A stretch of DNA of 64,000 bases from the IMG/VR virus record IMGVR_UViG_3300009152_002325; one strand, given 5' to 3'. Position 1 is the stretch's first letter; each line of letters opens with the position of its first letter. Below, in pieces: positions 17,874 through 28,212 of the stretch. The DNA is from an uncultured virus (IMG/VR IMGVR_UViG_3300009152_002325). Taxonomy: Duplodnaviria > Heunggongvirae > Uroviricota > Caudoviricetes. The translations under genes and the position numbers were made by a program. Below the pieces are notes generated by a model. That model saw only the letters and a list, made by a program, of their open reading frames with translations. It did not search any database and was not told the DNA's origin.

Positions 17874-18661
17874 AGCGTAGGTACCTTAAATCTTTCTATT
17901 TGTACTGTGCCAGTAGGGGTATCTTTTGAATAGCATTGCTTTTTAATTGGGCAATAGGTGCACGGCATCTTTGTTTTTGTAGCACCTTCAGGCTTCATTG
18001 GTAAATCGCCATCCTTAAAATTGTCCCAAACCTCACGCATCCAAAGGAAAGCATCCTCAATTATTTGCTTATTCTTTTCATTCATAACTACTGGGATAAT
18101 CAGTACCTCTTGTGTATTTTTATTCTCATAAAGGAAGAAGCCTTCTTTTGCATCTTTGAGTTTCATGTATGTCAAAAGCTGTAGCATATGATTTGCAGAT
18201 GGGCTCATCTCCGCCTGCCTTGCATCCCAAACCTCTTGCTTAGCAGTTTTAATTTCTCCGATTACTGTTTCACCATCATACTCCATAATTAAGTCAATAA
18301 AGCCACGGATAGGAGGATATTCATTAATGATCTCTTCTTCTTCCGCTTTCCATTGAGGCATTGTTTTAATTAAGTTTTGAAGTCTTTCATGAGCCTGAGT
18401 TCCCTGGGCCATGTTGGCAACAGCAACTGCATCGTTATTATCAATGAACATTGCTCCAGAAAATGCCATGTACCAGTACCTAGGACATGTTCCATGCCCA
18501 TAACCAAGGGAGCTCGGACTAAATGATTTCTTAGTCATGTCTCCATCAGCTCTTTTAGTATTCTTATAAGACTCATCAAGCATCTCAGCAAATAATTCTG
18601 GGTCAAAGAACTTACCAGTATGTTTTTTAAACTTTAGATTTTTTACTATATTTCTGCCCAT
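17870..18661 (-). CDS. Cas4-like PD-(D/E)XK exonuclease
   Basis: CPR, GT..HE, GFID, GEIKT, QL..Y, CTYCP....C Fe-S motif. Confidence 0.85.
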   Translation of the reverse strand: MGRNIVKNLKFKKHTGKFFDPELFAEMLDESYKNTKRADGDMTKKSFSPSSLGYGHGTCPRYWYMAFSGAMFIDNNDAVAVANMAQGTQAHERLQNLIKTMPQWKAEEEEIINEYPPIRGFIDLIMEYDGETVIGEIKTAKQEVWDARQAEMSPSANHMLQLLTYMKLKDAKEGFFLYENKNTQEVLIIPVVMNEKNKQIIEDAFLWMREVWDNFKDGDLPMKPEGATKTKMPCTYCPIKKQCYSKDTPTGTVQIERFKVPTL

Positions 18662-18999
18662 TATAAATTATACCTAACGACATACTTAAGTGCATCTACA
18701 AGTTTGTCTATGGACTCCTTTGCTGAGTAATATATATTTTTCTTGTTATTGTTTGCTGTTCCAGCTTTATCTTTTGCTATTGTTGAATAGTAGGATGCCA
18801 TCATAGCAAACTTAGTGGACATCGCCTGAAGCTCTATAATAAGCTGAGGCGCTTTGGCAGCAGGTACATCTGGGTTCAACAACAATTTAACTATAACAGC
18901 CAATGCTCTATCTAATTGAGCATCGTTCATATATTCATGAAGGTCGTTAAACTCAGTAATAGAGTTAATCAACTCTAGTGTATTTTTATCCTCTGTCAT
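18661..18999 (-). CDS. Hypothetical protein
   Basis: 112 aa helical ORF in recombination operon. Confidence 0.75.
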   Translation of the reverse strand: MTEDKNTLELINSITEFNDLHEYMNDAQLDRALAVIVKLLLNPDVPAAKAPQLIIELQAMSTKFAMMASYYSTIAKDKAGTANNNKKNIYYSAKESIDKLVDALKYVVRYNL

Positions 19000-19090
19000 T
19001 TTTAATCTTCTTGTCCCATCTATCCATCAGAAGACCGACTCCGTACCCAAGTACGAAGCCGATCATTATTCCATAGGTAAATAATACCAT
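18986..19090 (-). CDS. Small single-TM protein (34 aa, not in ORF track)
   Basis: MVLFTYGIMIGFVLGYGVGLLMDRWDKKIKNDRG*; TAATG-coupled to ssb. Confidence 0.65.
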   Translation of the reverse strand: MVLFTYGIMIGFVLGYGVGLLMDRWDKKIKNDRG

Positions 19091-19482
19091 TAAAAAGGAA
19101 CCTCTGCATAAGTTTTATATGATGGGAACTGATCATTGTTAGGCGCCTTATCCTTAGATAAAGTATATGCGGTTACAGAAATTGAATCAGCATTAATCTC
19201 ATAAGAGGCTCGCTTAACTCCATCTTTATCTGTCCAGTTTTCTTCATATATCTTTCCTACAATAATAACTTCCATGCCCTTTTTAATTACAGACTTTGAT
19301 TGCTCTGCAAGTGTACGCCAAGCTTTGACTGTCCACCAAGATGTGTTCTTATCTTCCCACTCTCCAGTAGTATCATTCTTAACACGATCATTAGTTGCTA
19401 CCCTAAAACGAAGACCATTTGATCCTACAGTTTCTGGTTCACTACCAACTCTTCCTACAATTGTAATAATTGGATTAGCCAT
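19090..19482 (-). CDS. ssb: Single-stranded DNA-binding protein (bacterial type)
   Basis: ITIVGR, FRVATN, W..LAE, KG..VIIVG OB-fold, C-terminal VPF. Confidence 0.92.
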   Translation of the reverse strand: MANPIITIVGRVGSEPETVGSNGLRFRVATNDRVKNDTTGEWEDKNTSWWTVKAWRTLAEQSKSVIKKGMEVIIVGKIYEENWTDKDGVKRASYEINADSISVTAYTLSKDKAPNNDQFPSYKTYAEVPF

Positions 19483-19783
19483 TTTTATTTTCCTCCCAAA
19501 ATGTGATAAGTTCTTCTAGAACTGACCACTCTATGATTCCAAGACGGACCTTGGAATCCCCACCGATAATAATTTTAAGGGCTGGATGCATATCCCTGCT
19601 AACCTTAAAAGTATCTGTACAGATTTTAGCCCATACATCTTTATTCAAATTAAATGAGGCTTTAGATTCTTTGTAGTCTACTACGAAGTTTCTCCATTTA
19701 GCATCACCCTTTTGATATTCGCCACGGCCACTATTTTTTTGTGCCTTAGCGCCATCTCTTTTTACTTCTGCTCTTTCCGACAT
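19475..19783 (-). CDS. Hjc-like PD-(D/E)XK resolvase/endonuclease
   Basis: E...NSG....KGD......VDYK. Confidence 0.65.
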   Translation of the reverse strand: MSERAEVKRDGAKAQKNSGRGEYQKGDAKWRNFVVDYKESKASFNLNKDVWAKICTDTFKVSRDMHPALKIIIGGDSKVRLGIIEWSVLEELITFWEENKNG

Positions 19784-19974
19784 CAGTTTAGTTTGTACCT
19801 TGTCTCATGACCATCAGGACACTTCCAATACATCTCTAAAGTTACTTGATTAAAATTATAGAATGGAGAAGACAGATCGCATTTACTGCACGGCCTTTCT
19901 TGATCTATTTTTTCAACTCGGCTATCCTGTATGTCTTCTGGCTTAGAAGTAAAAAACTCATTAATTTTTGGCAT
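19783..19974 (-). CDS. Small zinc-binding hypothetical protein
   Basis: CSKC...CPDGH. Confidence 0.7.
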   Translation of the reverse strand: MPKINEFFTSKPEDIQDSRVEKIDQERPCSKCDLSSPFYNFNQVTLEMYWKCPDGHETRYKLN

Positions 19975-20965
19975 CTATCTCCCTTTTTAGATCTTCAAGC
20001 ACTTCTTTATTATCACGAAGATACTGAACTGCTTTTGCACGACCCTGAAGCCTTTCTTTATTAATAGTATACCAAGCTCCGCCTTTTTCAACAACGCCGC
20101 ACATTTCCGCAACGTCTAATGTTTCTCCAACATAATCTATACCAAGAGCTTCCCCTTGGTAGTAAAAGTCGTACTGTCCTGATAGATTTGGGGGGCCGAC
20201 TTTGTTGTAATCAACAATCCAGTTAACTGGCCTTCCAACCCTTTGTTCAATAATCTTGTCGCCAACTTTAATGCCAGCCTTGATAGCATTAGCTTCAGCT
20301 TCCGAAGACCATAGCTTAATGACCGTGGAAGAGAAGAACTTAACTGCCATGCCACCTGTGGGGATGTGACTAGCATGCATAGATCCAAATTGATTTCGTT
20401 GCTGTGAGATGAGAACAAGTAGTGTGTTTTTGTTTGCATAGTTTAACATCTTGACTGCGTGGGTCATATCCTTTGCTTCTGCGCCGATTTGCTTTGTATC
20501 TTGCAAATCTTTCATTTCATTTCCATCTTTTTCGAAGTAAATAGCTGGAAGAAGTGCAGATATGGAATCAACTACAATTAGATCTACACCCGCCTCCATA
20601 AGTTTTGTTGCAACATCAACCATATCGTTAACTGTTTTTGCTGGTGAATAGATTAGCTCCTTAGAGTTTACTCCTAGCTTTTCAGCCCACTCTGGGTCAT
20701 AGGAATGCTCTGCGTCGATCCAAGCACATGTCTTGCCTTCTTTTTGCGCTAAGGCAATCATCTGCAAACAAAACGAAGACTTTCCTGCGGACTTATTTCC
20801 CCATACAAGTATCTGTCTACCGTAAGCAAAACCTCCATTTAATGCAAAGTTTAGTCCGATACTTGGGGTAGGCTGTCTGTCTATCTGAATGTCGACAGCT
20901 GATTGAACCCTTGCTCTAGTCTTTGGGTCTAGTTTTGCTAAGATATCGTCTAGTTGCATGTCCAT
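19961..20965 (-). CDS. recA: RecA/UvsX-like recombinase
   Basis: GNKSAGKS Walker A, IDAEH, VVDSI, TGGMAVKF, KGGAWY. Confidence 0.93.
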   Translation of the reverse strand: MDMQLDDILAKLDPKTRARVQSAVDIQIDRQPTPSIGLNFALNGGFAYGRQILVWGNKSAGKSSFCLQMIALAQKEGKTCAWIDAEHSYDPEWAEKLGVNSKELIYSPAKTVNDMVDVATKLMEAGVDLIVVDSISALLPAIYFEKDGNEMKDLQDTKQIGAEAKDMTHAVKMLNYANKNTLLVLISQQRNQFGSMHASHIPTGGMAVKFFSSTVIKLWSSEAEANAIKAGIKVGDKIIEQRVGRPVNWIVDYNKVGPPNLSGQYDFYYQGEALGIDYVGETLDVAEMCGVVEKGGAWYTINKERLQGRAKAVQYLRDNKEVLEDLKREIDAKN

Positions 20966-20970
20966 AATAA

Positions 20971-21195
20971 TTAATTGTTAGCCAGTTCTTCATCGGACTC
21001 TGAAGTTTTAGGCTCTAGCTTAAACTCAAATGACAACGACTCATCATTGTAGGAAACTGAAAGCTGAGTGTCCTCATTGTTAGAATTAATAAAGTCTTCT
21101 GTAGAAATTTCAATTGATCCAATTTTATTTAGGATTGCAACTAACACCCTAGATGCATTCATTGTCTTAAAAATATCTTCTGTGCTATCTGTCAT
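20971..21195 (-). CDS. Hypothetical protein
   Basis: 74 aa acidic ORF. Confidence 0.7.
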   Translation of the reverse strand: MTDSTEDIFKTMNASRVLVAILNKIGSIEISTEDFINSNNEDTQLSVSYNDESLSFEFKLEPKTSESDEELANN

Positions 21196-24100
21196 TTTAC
21201 TTCCTTAACCATAAGTGTTCCATCTTCTAAAGTTTTTAGAACTGGTTCGCATATCATTCCTTCTCGCATTTTTGCCAACGATAATGGGTACATGCTTGAG
21301 AATACAATTGCTCTATTTAGATTCTTATCTTTATCTGACAGAACCAGGTGTGCCATAGTCTTGCCAGCTTTTGTTTTGTATGGTGTATAGCTTATCACAA
21401 ACCTTTGATTTTCGTCAATAGGATAAGACTGTGCATACAGGTATTTAACAAAAGCATCTTCAGAGTCTTTATTAATTAAATCAACCTCTACATATCTAGA
21501 TATTCTATTGTCACCAACAAGAACAAAATACATTTTGTTTGTTTCTATTTTTGTTTGTTCTATATCAAACAAACCAACCGATCCGCTTTCGTCAACAAGT
21601 TCGATTCTTGACCAGCCAGATCCACGCTTTATTGCCTTAGCCATTCCGAACATAACAAATGATCCGAGCTCTTCAAATTCATCAATTGGTCTTGCTTGAG
21701 CTTTAATTTTTGGATCTAGGTTAGATAGATTAAATGATGGTATACCTAAAAATTCGTAATAAGACTCGGCTTCTTTACCGCTTCTAGGGTTATCATCAAA
21801 AGCAGCACCGCCAATAGCGTTAAGAGAAGAGATGGCCCTAGAATTAATGCCACTGCCCTTTTGGGATGCTTTATCAACAAAGTCTTTATAGTTTTCATAG
21901 GGTCTCTTTTCAATAATTTTATTTGCAATACTGTCTGAAATAAATTTAATCTCTGCCAATCCAAATCTAATTGAATCTTTTTGCAACGAGAAGTTTACAT
22001 CAGATTCATTTACATGGGGAAGCTTTACTTTAATCCCAAGTCTTTTTGCTTCAATCAAATAACCTGTTCTGGCGTCTTTGTCGCCTTCGTTTTTGAGGAT
22101 CGAGAATAAAAATTCCAAAGGATAATAGCACTTAAGCCAAGCGGTATAATAAGAAAGCATAGAATAAGCGACAGCGTGACTACGATTGAATGAGTATCCA
22201 GCGTGAGCTTCGAATGTTTTCCAGAGATTGTCGGCTTCTTCTGCGCTGATATGCTTTTTAGCGCCCTGAATAAATTTATCTTTGAATGGACTGAGTTCTT
22301 TTGCATCTTGCTTTTTACCAATAACCTTTCTAACCTTGTCAGCCTCTGACCAAGTCATTCCTCCTAGGTGTACGCATGCTTGCATAACCTGCTCTTGATA
22401 TATAATCACCCCGTATGTATTTTCTGTAAAAGGTTTCATAATTGGATGGATATAATTAACTGCTTCATTACCGTGCTTGCGCTTAATATAAGATGCTCCA
22501 ACTGTATTCATAGCTCCTGGTCTAACCAAGGCATTTGATGCAGCCAAGTCTTCAAACTTATCTACACGCATTTTTATAAGTAGGTTAGTGTATGGAGTTG
22601 CTTCAGCTTGGAAGATACCCTTTGTGTAACCATCATTAAAAATCTTGTATACATTCTCATCATCTAAAGCAATATCGTAAAGATTTATATCTTTATTGTA
22701 TCTATCTTTAATTGACTTTAATGTATCAGAGATCACAGATAAAGTCTTAAGACCTAGGGCATCTAGCTTAATAAGACCTATATCTGCAACCGTATCCATA
22801 TCGTATGCCACGACTGGAATTCTTCCAGACACTTCATCATTAGCATCAGCTCTGGACTCTATTGGTGCATACTTTCTTAAATCATCTTTTGCAACCACAA
22901 CACCAGCAGCATGAACTCCAACACTTCGAATCTTTCCACGAAGTCTTTCTGCAAGCCAAGTTACCTCTGGATACTTTGCTCTAAATTCTTTTGTATTAGG
23001 AGAATCCATAAAGTCTTCGAAGGTGTCAATTGATTTCATTGCACGATTAACATCAGATAGGGGCACCATAAACACACGGGCAGCATCTCTAATTACACCC
23101 TTGTCTTTAAAGTAGGTGTATGTGGAAATAGAAGCAACGTGCTTAAACTTCTTCTTTAAATAATCTTTAACTTCTTTACGGCGACGGTCTTCAAAGTCGG
23201 TATCAATATCTGGAAAGTCATTACGCTCAGGGTTAATAAATCGGAAGAAAAGTAGGTCATACTTAATTGGATCTACATCTGTAATACCAAGAGCGTAGCA
23301 AACCAATGAGCCAGCTGCAGAACCACGTCCTGGACCAACCATAATGTTGTTTGATTTTGCCCATGTAATCATATCGGCTACAACTAGGAAATATGAGGCA
23401 AATGCCTTATCTTTAATTATAGATAACTCTTCTGCAATTCTATCCAAGTAGACCTGATCTTTGTCCAGAGATAGTCTTTTAAGGCCTTCTAAGGCCATAT
23501 CAGACAGTTTCTTGTCAGCATTGGTCTTTGGGATAGGTAGCAGATCTAATCCTTTATGGAAGTCATATTCTTCAATCTTATTAGCAATTTCCATTGTATT
23601 ATCATATATATCTGTACGACTAATACCTGCTTTATTAAAGTCCGCCTCAATTTCAGACCTGCTTTGAATAAATAGATTATAATCTTGAAATGATATTCTG
23701 CGGTCTGGATATAAGTAATTAAATCTATCCATCATATCTGGCATTTTTCTAGACATTTCAAAGTCTGCATCTTTGTCTGACTTAGGGGATGTTGATAGAA
23801 TAAGCATTGCCTCTTCTAATACTCTATCTTCTTTTTTAGCAAAGTGGGCATCTCCTGTTGCCACCGCTTTAATTTTTAATTCATCTGCAAGCTCTAAAAG
23901 CTTTGAGTTTATTTCTTCTGGATTGTGAGATTGAACCTCAACATAAAAATCTTTACCGAAAGTTTTCTGAAAATCTTTGAGAACCATCTTAGCTTCAGAG
24001 AACTCGCCTTTCTCGATAGCCTTAGAGATAAGCCCATTAAGGCATCCAGAGAGTACAATAATACCTTCCGCATATTCCTTAAGCACCTCCCTATCAATAC

Positions 24101-24461
24101 GTGGCTTATGATAAAAGCCTTCTGTCCACGCAAGTTCTTGTAGGGTATTGATATTCTCTAGACCCTTTTTATTCTTAGCTAAAATAATAATATGATTATA
24201 CGCCTGAATTGATTTATCTGTCTTAGAAGATCTATCAAATCTATCTGTTGGAGATATATAAGCTTCGACTCCAAGAATAGGCTTTACCCCTAGCTTCTTT
24301 GCTGCAATCTGCATATCACGATGAGAAGACAATGTGCCGTGGTCTGTTATAGCAATTGCTGTCTGTCCAGCATCTAAAGCTGCCTGACACAATTCTTCTG
24401 GAGAGTTTAGCCCATCCATAAGCGAGTAATAAGAGTGAACGTGTAAATGTGTAAAACTCAT
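21192..24461 (-). CDS. dnaE: DNA polymerase III alpha subunit
   Basis: HLHVHSYYSLMDG PHP, GPGRGSAAGS, PDIDTD, HAAG, YSFNRSH; start moved to 24461. Confidence 0.96.
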   Translation of the reverse strand: MSFTHLHVHSYYSLMDGLNSPEELCQAALDAGQTAIAITDHGTLSSHRDMQIAAKKLGVKPILGVEAYISPTDRFDRSSKTDKSIQAYNHIIILAKNKKGLENINTLQELAWTEGFYHKPRIDREVLKEYAEGIIVLSGCLNGLISKAIEKGEFSEAKMVLKDFQKTFGKDFYVEVQSHNPEEINSKLLELADELKIKAVATGDAHFAKKEDRVLEEAMLILSTSPKSDKDADFEMSRKMPDMMDRFNYLYPDRRISFQDYNLFIQSRSEIEADFNKAGISRTDIYDNTMEIANKIEEYDFHKGLDLLPIPKTNADKKLSDMALEGLKRLSLDKDQVYLDRIAEELSIIKDKAFASYFLVVADMITWAKSNNIMVGPGRGSAAGSLVCYALGITDVDPIKYDLLFFRFINPERNDFPDIDTDFEDRRRKEVKDYLKKKFKHVASISTYTYFKDKGVIRDAARVFMVPLSDVNRAMKSIDTFEDFMDSPNTKEFRAKYPEVTWLAERLRGKIRSVGVHAAGVVVAKDDLRKYAPIESRADANDEVSGRIPVVAYDMDTVADIGLIKLDALGLKTLSVISDTLKSIKDRYNKDINLYDIALDDENVYKIFNDGYTKGIFQAEATPYTNLLIKMRVDKFEDLAASNALVRPGAMNTVGASYIKRKHGNEAVNYIHPIMKPFTENTYGVIIYQEQVMQACVHLGGMTWSEADKVRKVIGKKQDAKELSPFKDKFIQGAKKHISAEEADNLWKTFEAHAGYSFNRSHAVAYSMLSYYTAWLKCYYPLEFLFSILKNEGDKDARTGYLIEAKRLGIKVKLPHVNESDVNFSLQKDSIRFGLAEIKFISDSIANKIIEKRPYENYKDFVDKASQKGSGINSRAISSLNAIGGAAFDDNPRSGKEAESYYEFLGIPSFNLSNLDPKIKAQARPIDEFEELGSFVMFGMAKAIKRGSGWSRIELVDESGSVGLFDIEQTKIETNKMYFVLVGDNRISRYVEVDLINKDSEDAFVKYLYAQSYPIDENQRFVISYTPYKTKAGKTMAHLVLSDKDKNLNRAIVFSSMYPLSLAKMREGMICEPVLKTLEDGTLMVKEVK

Positions 24462-24667
24462 TAGTATCCGCCTGTACATTCATTTCTAGTATGATATAAC
24501 CTAATTTTAGTTAATATCTTTTTTGTTGGTGCGTATAAATCTTCTTTGCAACATCCGCATTTCATATGCCATTCTCTAGCAAAGAAATCATATACTGCTC
24601 CGACATAATTCTTATATTTATTAAAAACAAAAGTCTCAAATGGATCTGGTATATCGTATGTTCTCAT
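24461..24667 (-). CDS. Hypothetical zinc-binding protein
   Basis: CGCC...H...C. Confidence 0.7.
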   Translation of the reverse strand: MRTYDIPDPFETFVFNKYKNYVGAVYDFFAREWHMKCGCCKEDLYAPTKKILTKIRLYHTRNECTGGY

Positions 24668-24688
24668 TATGCTATTTTACTAAATAAT

Positions 24689-24714
24689 GTGGAGGCGGTC
24701 AATACCGCCTCCAC
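24689..24714 (-). terminator. Intrinsic terminator-like hairpin
   Basis: GTGGAGGCGGT-CAAT-ACCGCCTCCAC, 11-bp perfect stem after the gp32-like gene. Confidence 0.75.
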
Positions 24715-24723
24715 TATTTAATA

Positions 24724-25398
24724 TTACCAGTCTACGCTGCTGCTTGTTGAAGAAGATTCTCTTTCTTCTGGAGATGACTCTCCAGTGTAAAAAGCTTCCT
24801 GCTCTGCGTATGGTACATTTCTAACTGCTGTCTTCTCTAAATCAAAAAGCTCTACTGCAGAGAAATCAAACGGTTTTTCATCTTTAGCTAAAGGGATGAT
24901 TGTATAGCTTGTATCTGTCTTAAGACCACTTCGCTTTACACGCCAAACCAAGTTGGTGATACTGCCCATTTCATTTGCATATTCAATTAGTGTTGGTGTA
25001 ATGGTTTTACCGCTTACGCCTTGAGAAAGAATTGCTACATAAGGCTCATTCTTTCCATCATCAACCAATACGTTAACGTATAGACGCTTTCTTGCACCCC
25101 ACCCAGCTTTAGGATCTTTTCGGTGCTGCTCTTGAGCCCAGTCACGGCCTTCGTCTTCCATTGTGTCTAGTGCTTTACGTCGATAATCTTTAGGGTTTGT
25201 ATGCTCAATTGCAAAAAATCCGCAACCTGCTTTTTCATTATAGTGTGGTGAGTCTGGATCAAGCTCCTGCAAAAAACGAATCTTTACGGCTTCCCCATCT
25301 TCAATCTTTAACCACTTTGCTTTGCTATCTTCTGAACTAGTGTATGTAACCTTGTCCATTGCTTTTGTCATTCCTGACAATCCTTTTACTATTCCCAT
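24724..25398 (-). CDS. Phage ssDNA-binding protein (T4 gp32-like)
   Basis: WLKI.DGE.VKIRFL, YVNVLV, R.GLKTDTSY, acidic/Ser tail ending VDW. Confidence 0.7.
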   Translation of the reverse strand: MGIVKGLSGMTKAMDKVTYTSSEDSKAKWLKIEDGEAVKIRFLQELDPDSPHYNEKAGCGFFAIEHTNPKDYRRKALDTMEDEGRDWAQEQHRKDPKAGWGARKRLYVNVLVDDGKNEPYVAILSQGVSGKTITPTLIEYANEMGSITNLVWRVKRSGLKTDTSYTIIPLAKDEKPFDFSAVELFDLEKTAVRNVPYAEQEAFYTGESSPEERESSSTSSSVDW

Positions 25399-25449
25399 TT
25401 TTTCTCCTTATGTATGTAACGGTATATATCCGTTTGTAACCACGTATTT

Positions 25450-26439
25450 TTAAGTTCTATATTCAAAATTAGATATGGCATTTGTTATACAAGCTTTAAT
25501 ATCCTCATCAGACATATCACCTGCATCTTTTACACCCTCTGGATATATTCTACCATAAGAATGCGATGCCCACAAGATGTTCTTATTGCTTAATTTATAA
25601 GCAATTGCTGAGCCTAAGTCTCTGCCAGCCTTGTCTGCATCAGTCATGATTATAACTGTATTGAAATATCTATTTAAAAGACCTAGGTTGTCTCCAGATA
25701 TATGACCTCCAAGGGTTGCCACAACATTAGGGAACCCAGCCTGATGCACACGGATTGCATCAAAGCTGGACTCTACGACTATAACTCTGTCGCCAATCTT
25801 TTTGGCACGATGAATATTAAACATTGTTTTGCTTCTTGGAAGATCCTTGCTATTCTTAAATCTTTTATCAGATATAGATCTGCCAACAACTCCTACTGCA
25901 ATTCCATCTGGACTATGCACTGGAACAGTTATCATATCCATATTTTCAGAATATCCTAAAGAGAAGTGTTCCATTGACTCTAAGTTAATTCCACGTGATT
26001 TTAAATATTCTTTTGCCTTATCGCTTTTGACCAGCCCATTGTATAAACTCTTTAATGTTTCTTCTGAAAACTCTACGAAGTCTGGCTTATCTTCAAGCAT
26101 GTCTTTAAGAGATTCATCAAAGTTTTCTAATGCTTCGGACTGCTTTGATTCAATAAACCTTAAAGACTGAAACTCATTTTTATTTAAAATTCTTTTAACT
26201 AGATCACTTAGAGTTCCTGCTTCTCCGCAAGAAGGGTTGAAGCAAATGTATGCACCTTTTGTTTTACTAATACTAAAACTTGAAGTATGTCTATTTGAAT
26301 GGAATGGACAATATGATAGATAATCGTTAGACGTCTCACCAACCATATCAATTCCAAGGCTTTGGATTATTGATTTAATATGGGCGGGGGTGTATTCCGA
26401 GCTATCAACTTGCCTTGAGTTATACCCTCTAATTGCCAT
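25450..26439 (-). CDS. DNA primase
   Basis: CPFH...CFNPSC zinc domain, VVES.FD TOPRIM, MTDADKAG, KDAGD. Confidence 0.92.
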   Translation of the reverse strand: MAIRGYNSRQVDSSEYTPAHIKSIIQSLGIDMVGETSNDYLSYCPFHSNRHTSSFSISKTKGAYICFNPSCGEAGTLSDLVKRILNKNEFQSLRFIESKQSEALENFDESLKDMLEDKPDFVEFSEETLKSLYNGLVKSDKAKEYLKSRGINLESMEHFSLGYSENMDMITVPVHSPDGIAVGVVGRSISDKRFKNSKDLPRSKTMFNIHRAKKIGDRVIVVESSFDAIRVHQAGFPNVVATLGGHISGDNLGLLNRYFNTVIIMTDADKAGRDLGSAIAYKLSNKNILWASHSYGRIYPEGVKDAGDMSDEDIKACITNAISNFEYRT

Positions 26440-26666
26440 GCCTTCTTCTTTCCTACATAGATTCCGTGGATAGTCATTAAGAACTTCCAAGTTTGTCCGT
26501 CAAATTCTACCGAAAAAGCTGGGTCTATGTCAAGCACCCTGGCATAACCAGAGTCTTTCATCTGACCAGTTAGTAGATCTTCGTACTGCTTTTTAATCCT
26601 AATCATATTAGAATCATCTAGAAACTCAACTTGTATTTGAAACCTTTTAATATTTTGATGTGTCAC
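26367..26666 (-). CDS. Hypothetical protein
   Basis: 99 aa between helicase and primase. Confidence 0.7.
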   Translation of the reverse strand: MTHQNIKRFQIQVEFLDDSNMIRIKKQYEDLLTGQMKDSGYARVLDIDPAFSVEFDGQTWKFLMTIHGIYVGKKKAWQLEGITQGKLIARNTPPPILNQ

Positions 26667-27898
26667 TTGCTCAACTCTGGAAGGTCTTCATAGATTGGAG
26701 TGATAACTCCTCTATTTATATCCCAGTCAAGGAAAAATCTAAAGTCATGTCCATGCCTGTTTTTTCTAGATACAACCTCAATCAAATCTGTATTAGCATG
26801 CTTGTGAATAGCAATAGCCATGTCAGCATCATACTCAATAGCCTTTGACCATGCAACTTGACTCATCATTGGTGGCTCTTTTTGATCTGAAATATCATCT
26901 GCAGTTGCTGCAGTAATATCAATGATTGGGATTCCGTTTGTAACTGCAAGCAGCTTAAAGTCTCTTGAGATATTTCTATTTCGCTCAACTTCAGAATTGC
27001 TTCGCTTGTTATCATTAAACAATTGATGATAGTCGAGAATTACAAGATCTGGTTTATGCTGATCAATCTTACCTTGAATAGTTGCTGGTGTTACTTCTCC
27101 AGCACCCTCATTAGAAACAAGAATAAAACTATTCTTTCCTTCAGTCTTCTTCTTACCCCATGTTTTAAAATCATCAATATTAATATCACCTTTTGAAAGA
27201 TCGCTTGCTCTAAACAATCCAGAACCTAGCATTGTATAAATTCTATCTCGCATATTTTCTGGGGCCATCTCAAGCGATACAATCATTGGCTTGAATCCTT
27301 GCTCCCATGCCTTGCATGCTAGGTATGACGTGAACCATGTCTTACCACGTCCAGGCCAACCTATAGCGACGATTAGATGTCCTGGAGCCATTCCAGTTGG
27401 GTACGCCTTATCAATAGCCTCAAAGCCTGTTAGGATTCCTGGGCTTCCTCCCATTGCTAATGATCGAGTTCTTACTGACTCATAGTGTCTTTCTGCTGAA
27501 TCTAAATCCGTAATGTCTAAGTCTTTAACATTATTTGTATATCGACTTAAGTTTGCCAACTGAGACTGCATTGTGCCAAGTACTCTTGATGGAGCATCGT
27601 CTTTTAAAGATGAGCCTGCCTGCAAAAGAATACCCTTAAGTTTGTTCCCAACAAATTCATTTTTAAGCTTGTCTAAGTAGTATCCCGTCTCACCTTTAGT
27701 TTCAACTGGCTCAAAATCTTTAAACTTATCCTGAAGAATTGTTACTTCTGGGACTGCTCTAAACTTATAGTAATATGACTTAAGGCCTTCCCAAATGTCT
27801 TTATGAGAAACAAATAGGTCGTCTGAGTTATCTGCAAGTATAGTGCTGATGTCTTTATTCTTGCATACCGCTGAGATTAGCTCGGCTTCCGTATTCAT
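26663..27898 (-). CDS. dnaB: DnaB-like replicative helicase
   Basis: GWPGRGKT Walker A, SLEM, ILDY, IEYDAD, KNRHG. Confidence 0.93.
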   Translation of the reverse strand: MNTEAELISAVCKNKDISTILADNSDDLFVSHKDIWEGLKSYYYKFRAVPEVTILQDKFKDFEPVETKGETGYYLDKLKNEFVGNKLKGILLQAGSSLKDDAPSRVLGTMQSQLANLSRYTNNVKDLDITDLDSAERHYESVRTRSLAMGGSPGILTGFEAIDKAYPTGMAPGHLIVAIGWPGRGKTWFTSYLACKAWEQGFKPMIVSLEMAPENMRDRIYTMLGSGLFRASDLSKGDINIDDFKTWGKKKTEGKNSFILVSNEGAGEVTPATIQGKIDQHKPDLVILDYHQLFNDNKRSNSEVERNRNISRDFKLLAVTNGIPIIDITAATADDISDQKEPPMMSQVAWSKAIEYDADMAIAIHKHANTDLIEVVSRKNRHGHDFRFFLDWDINRGVITPIYEDLPELSK

Positions 27899-28212
27899 TC
27901 GTTACCCTCAATCATCTTTTTTGTTTCCTGCAACAGACGGCTTCTGTTAGCTTTATCTTCTTTAATCTGCATCATCATGTCTTCTATTCTTTCAAAGTTA
28001 TTGTAGAAAAAATTAAGCGGATGCCTATTCTTACCAGTCTTAAAATAATACTCTAGTACATTCTTAGAACGCTCAAACCCTATGCTATCTAAAACATCTT
28101 GCATAGCCCACTTTTCTTTATATCTATTTATTGTTGGCTTTGTGTTATACATGCCCTCATATAAATTAGAGTATAAAGAAAGAAGGATATAGGGTTCCTT
28201 ATTTACTGCCAC
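27895..28212 (-). CDS. Hypothetical protein
   Basis: 105 aa upstream of helicase. Confidence 0.75.
   Translation of the reverse strand: MAVNKEPYILLSLYSNLYEGMYNTKPTINRYKEKWAMQDVLDSIGFERSKNVLEYYFKTGKNRHPLNFFYNNFERIEDMMMQIKEDKANRSRLLQETKKMIEGNE

Noticed and set aside
17870..18661. Cas4-like gene as sign of a CRISPR-Cas system
   Set aside because: No cas1/cas2 or repeat-spacer array in the window; it sits in the recombination operon like other solo phage Cas4-like nucleases
14227..27898. Inteins or introns in terminase, RecA, DnaE or DnaB
   Set aside because: Lengths are ordinary, motifs are contiguous, and no intein or homing endonuclease signatures were seen
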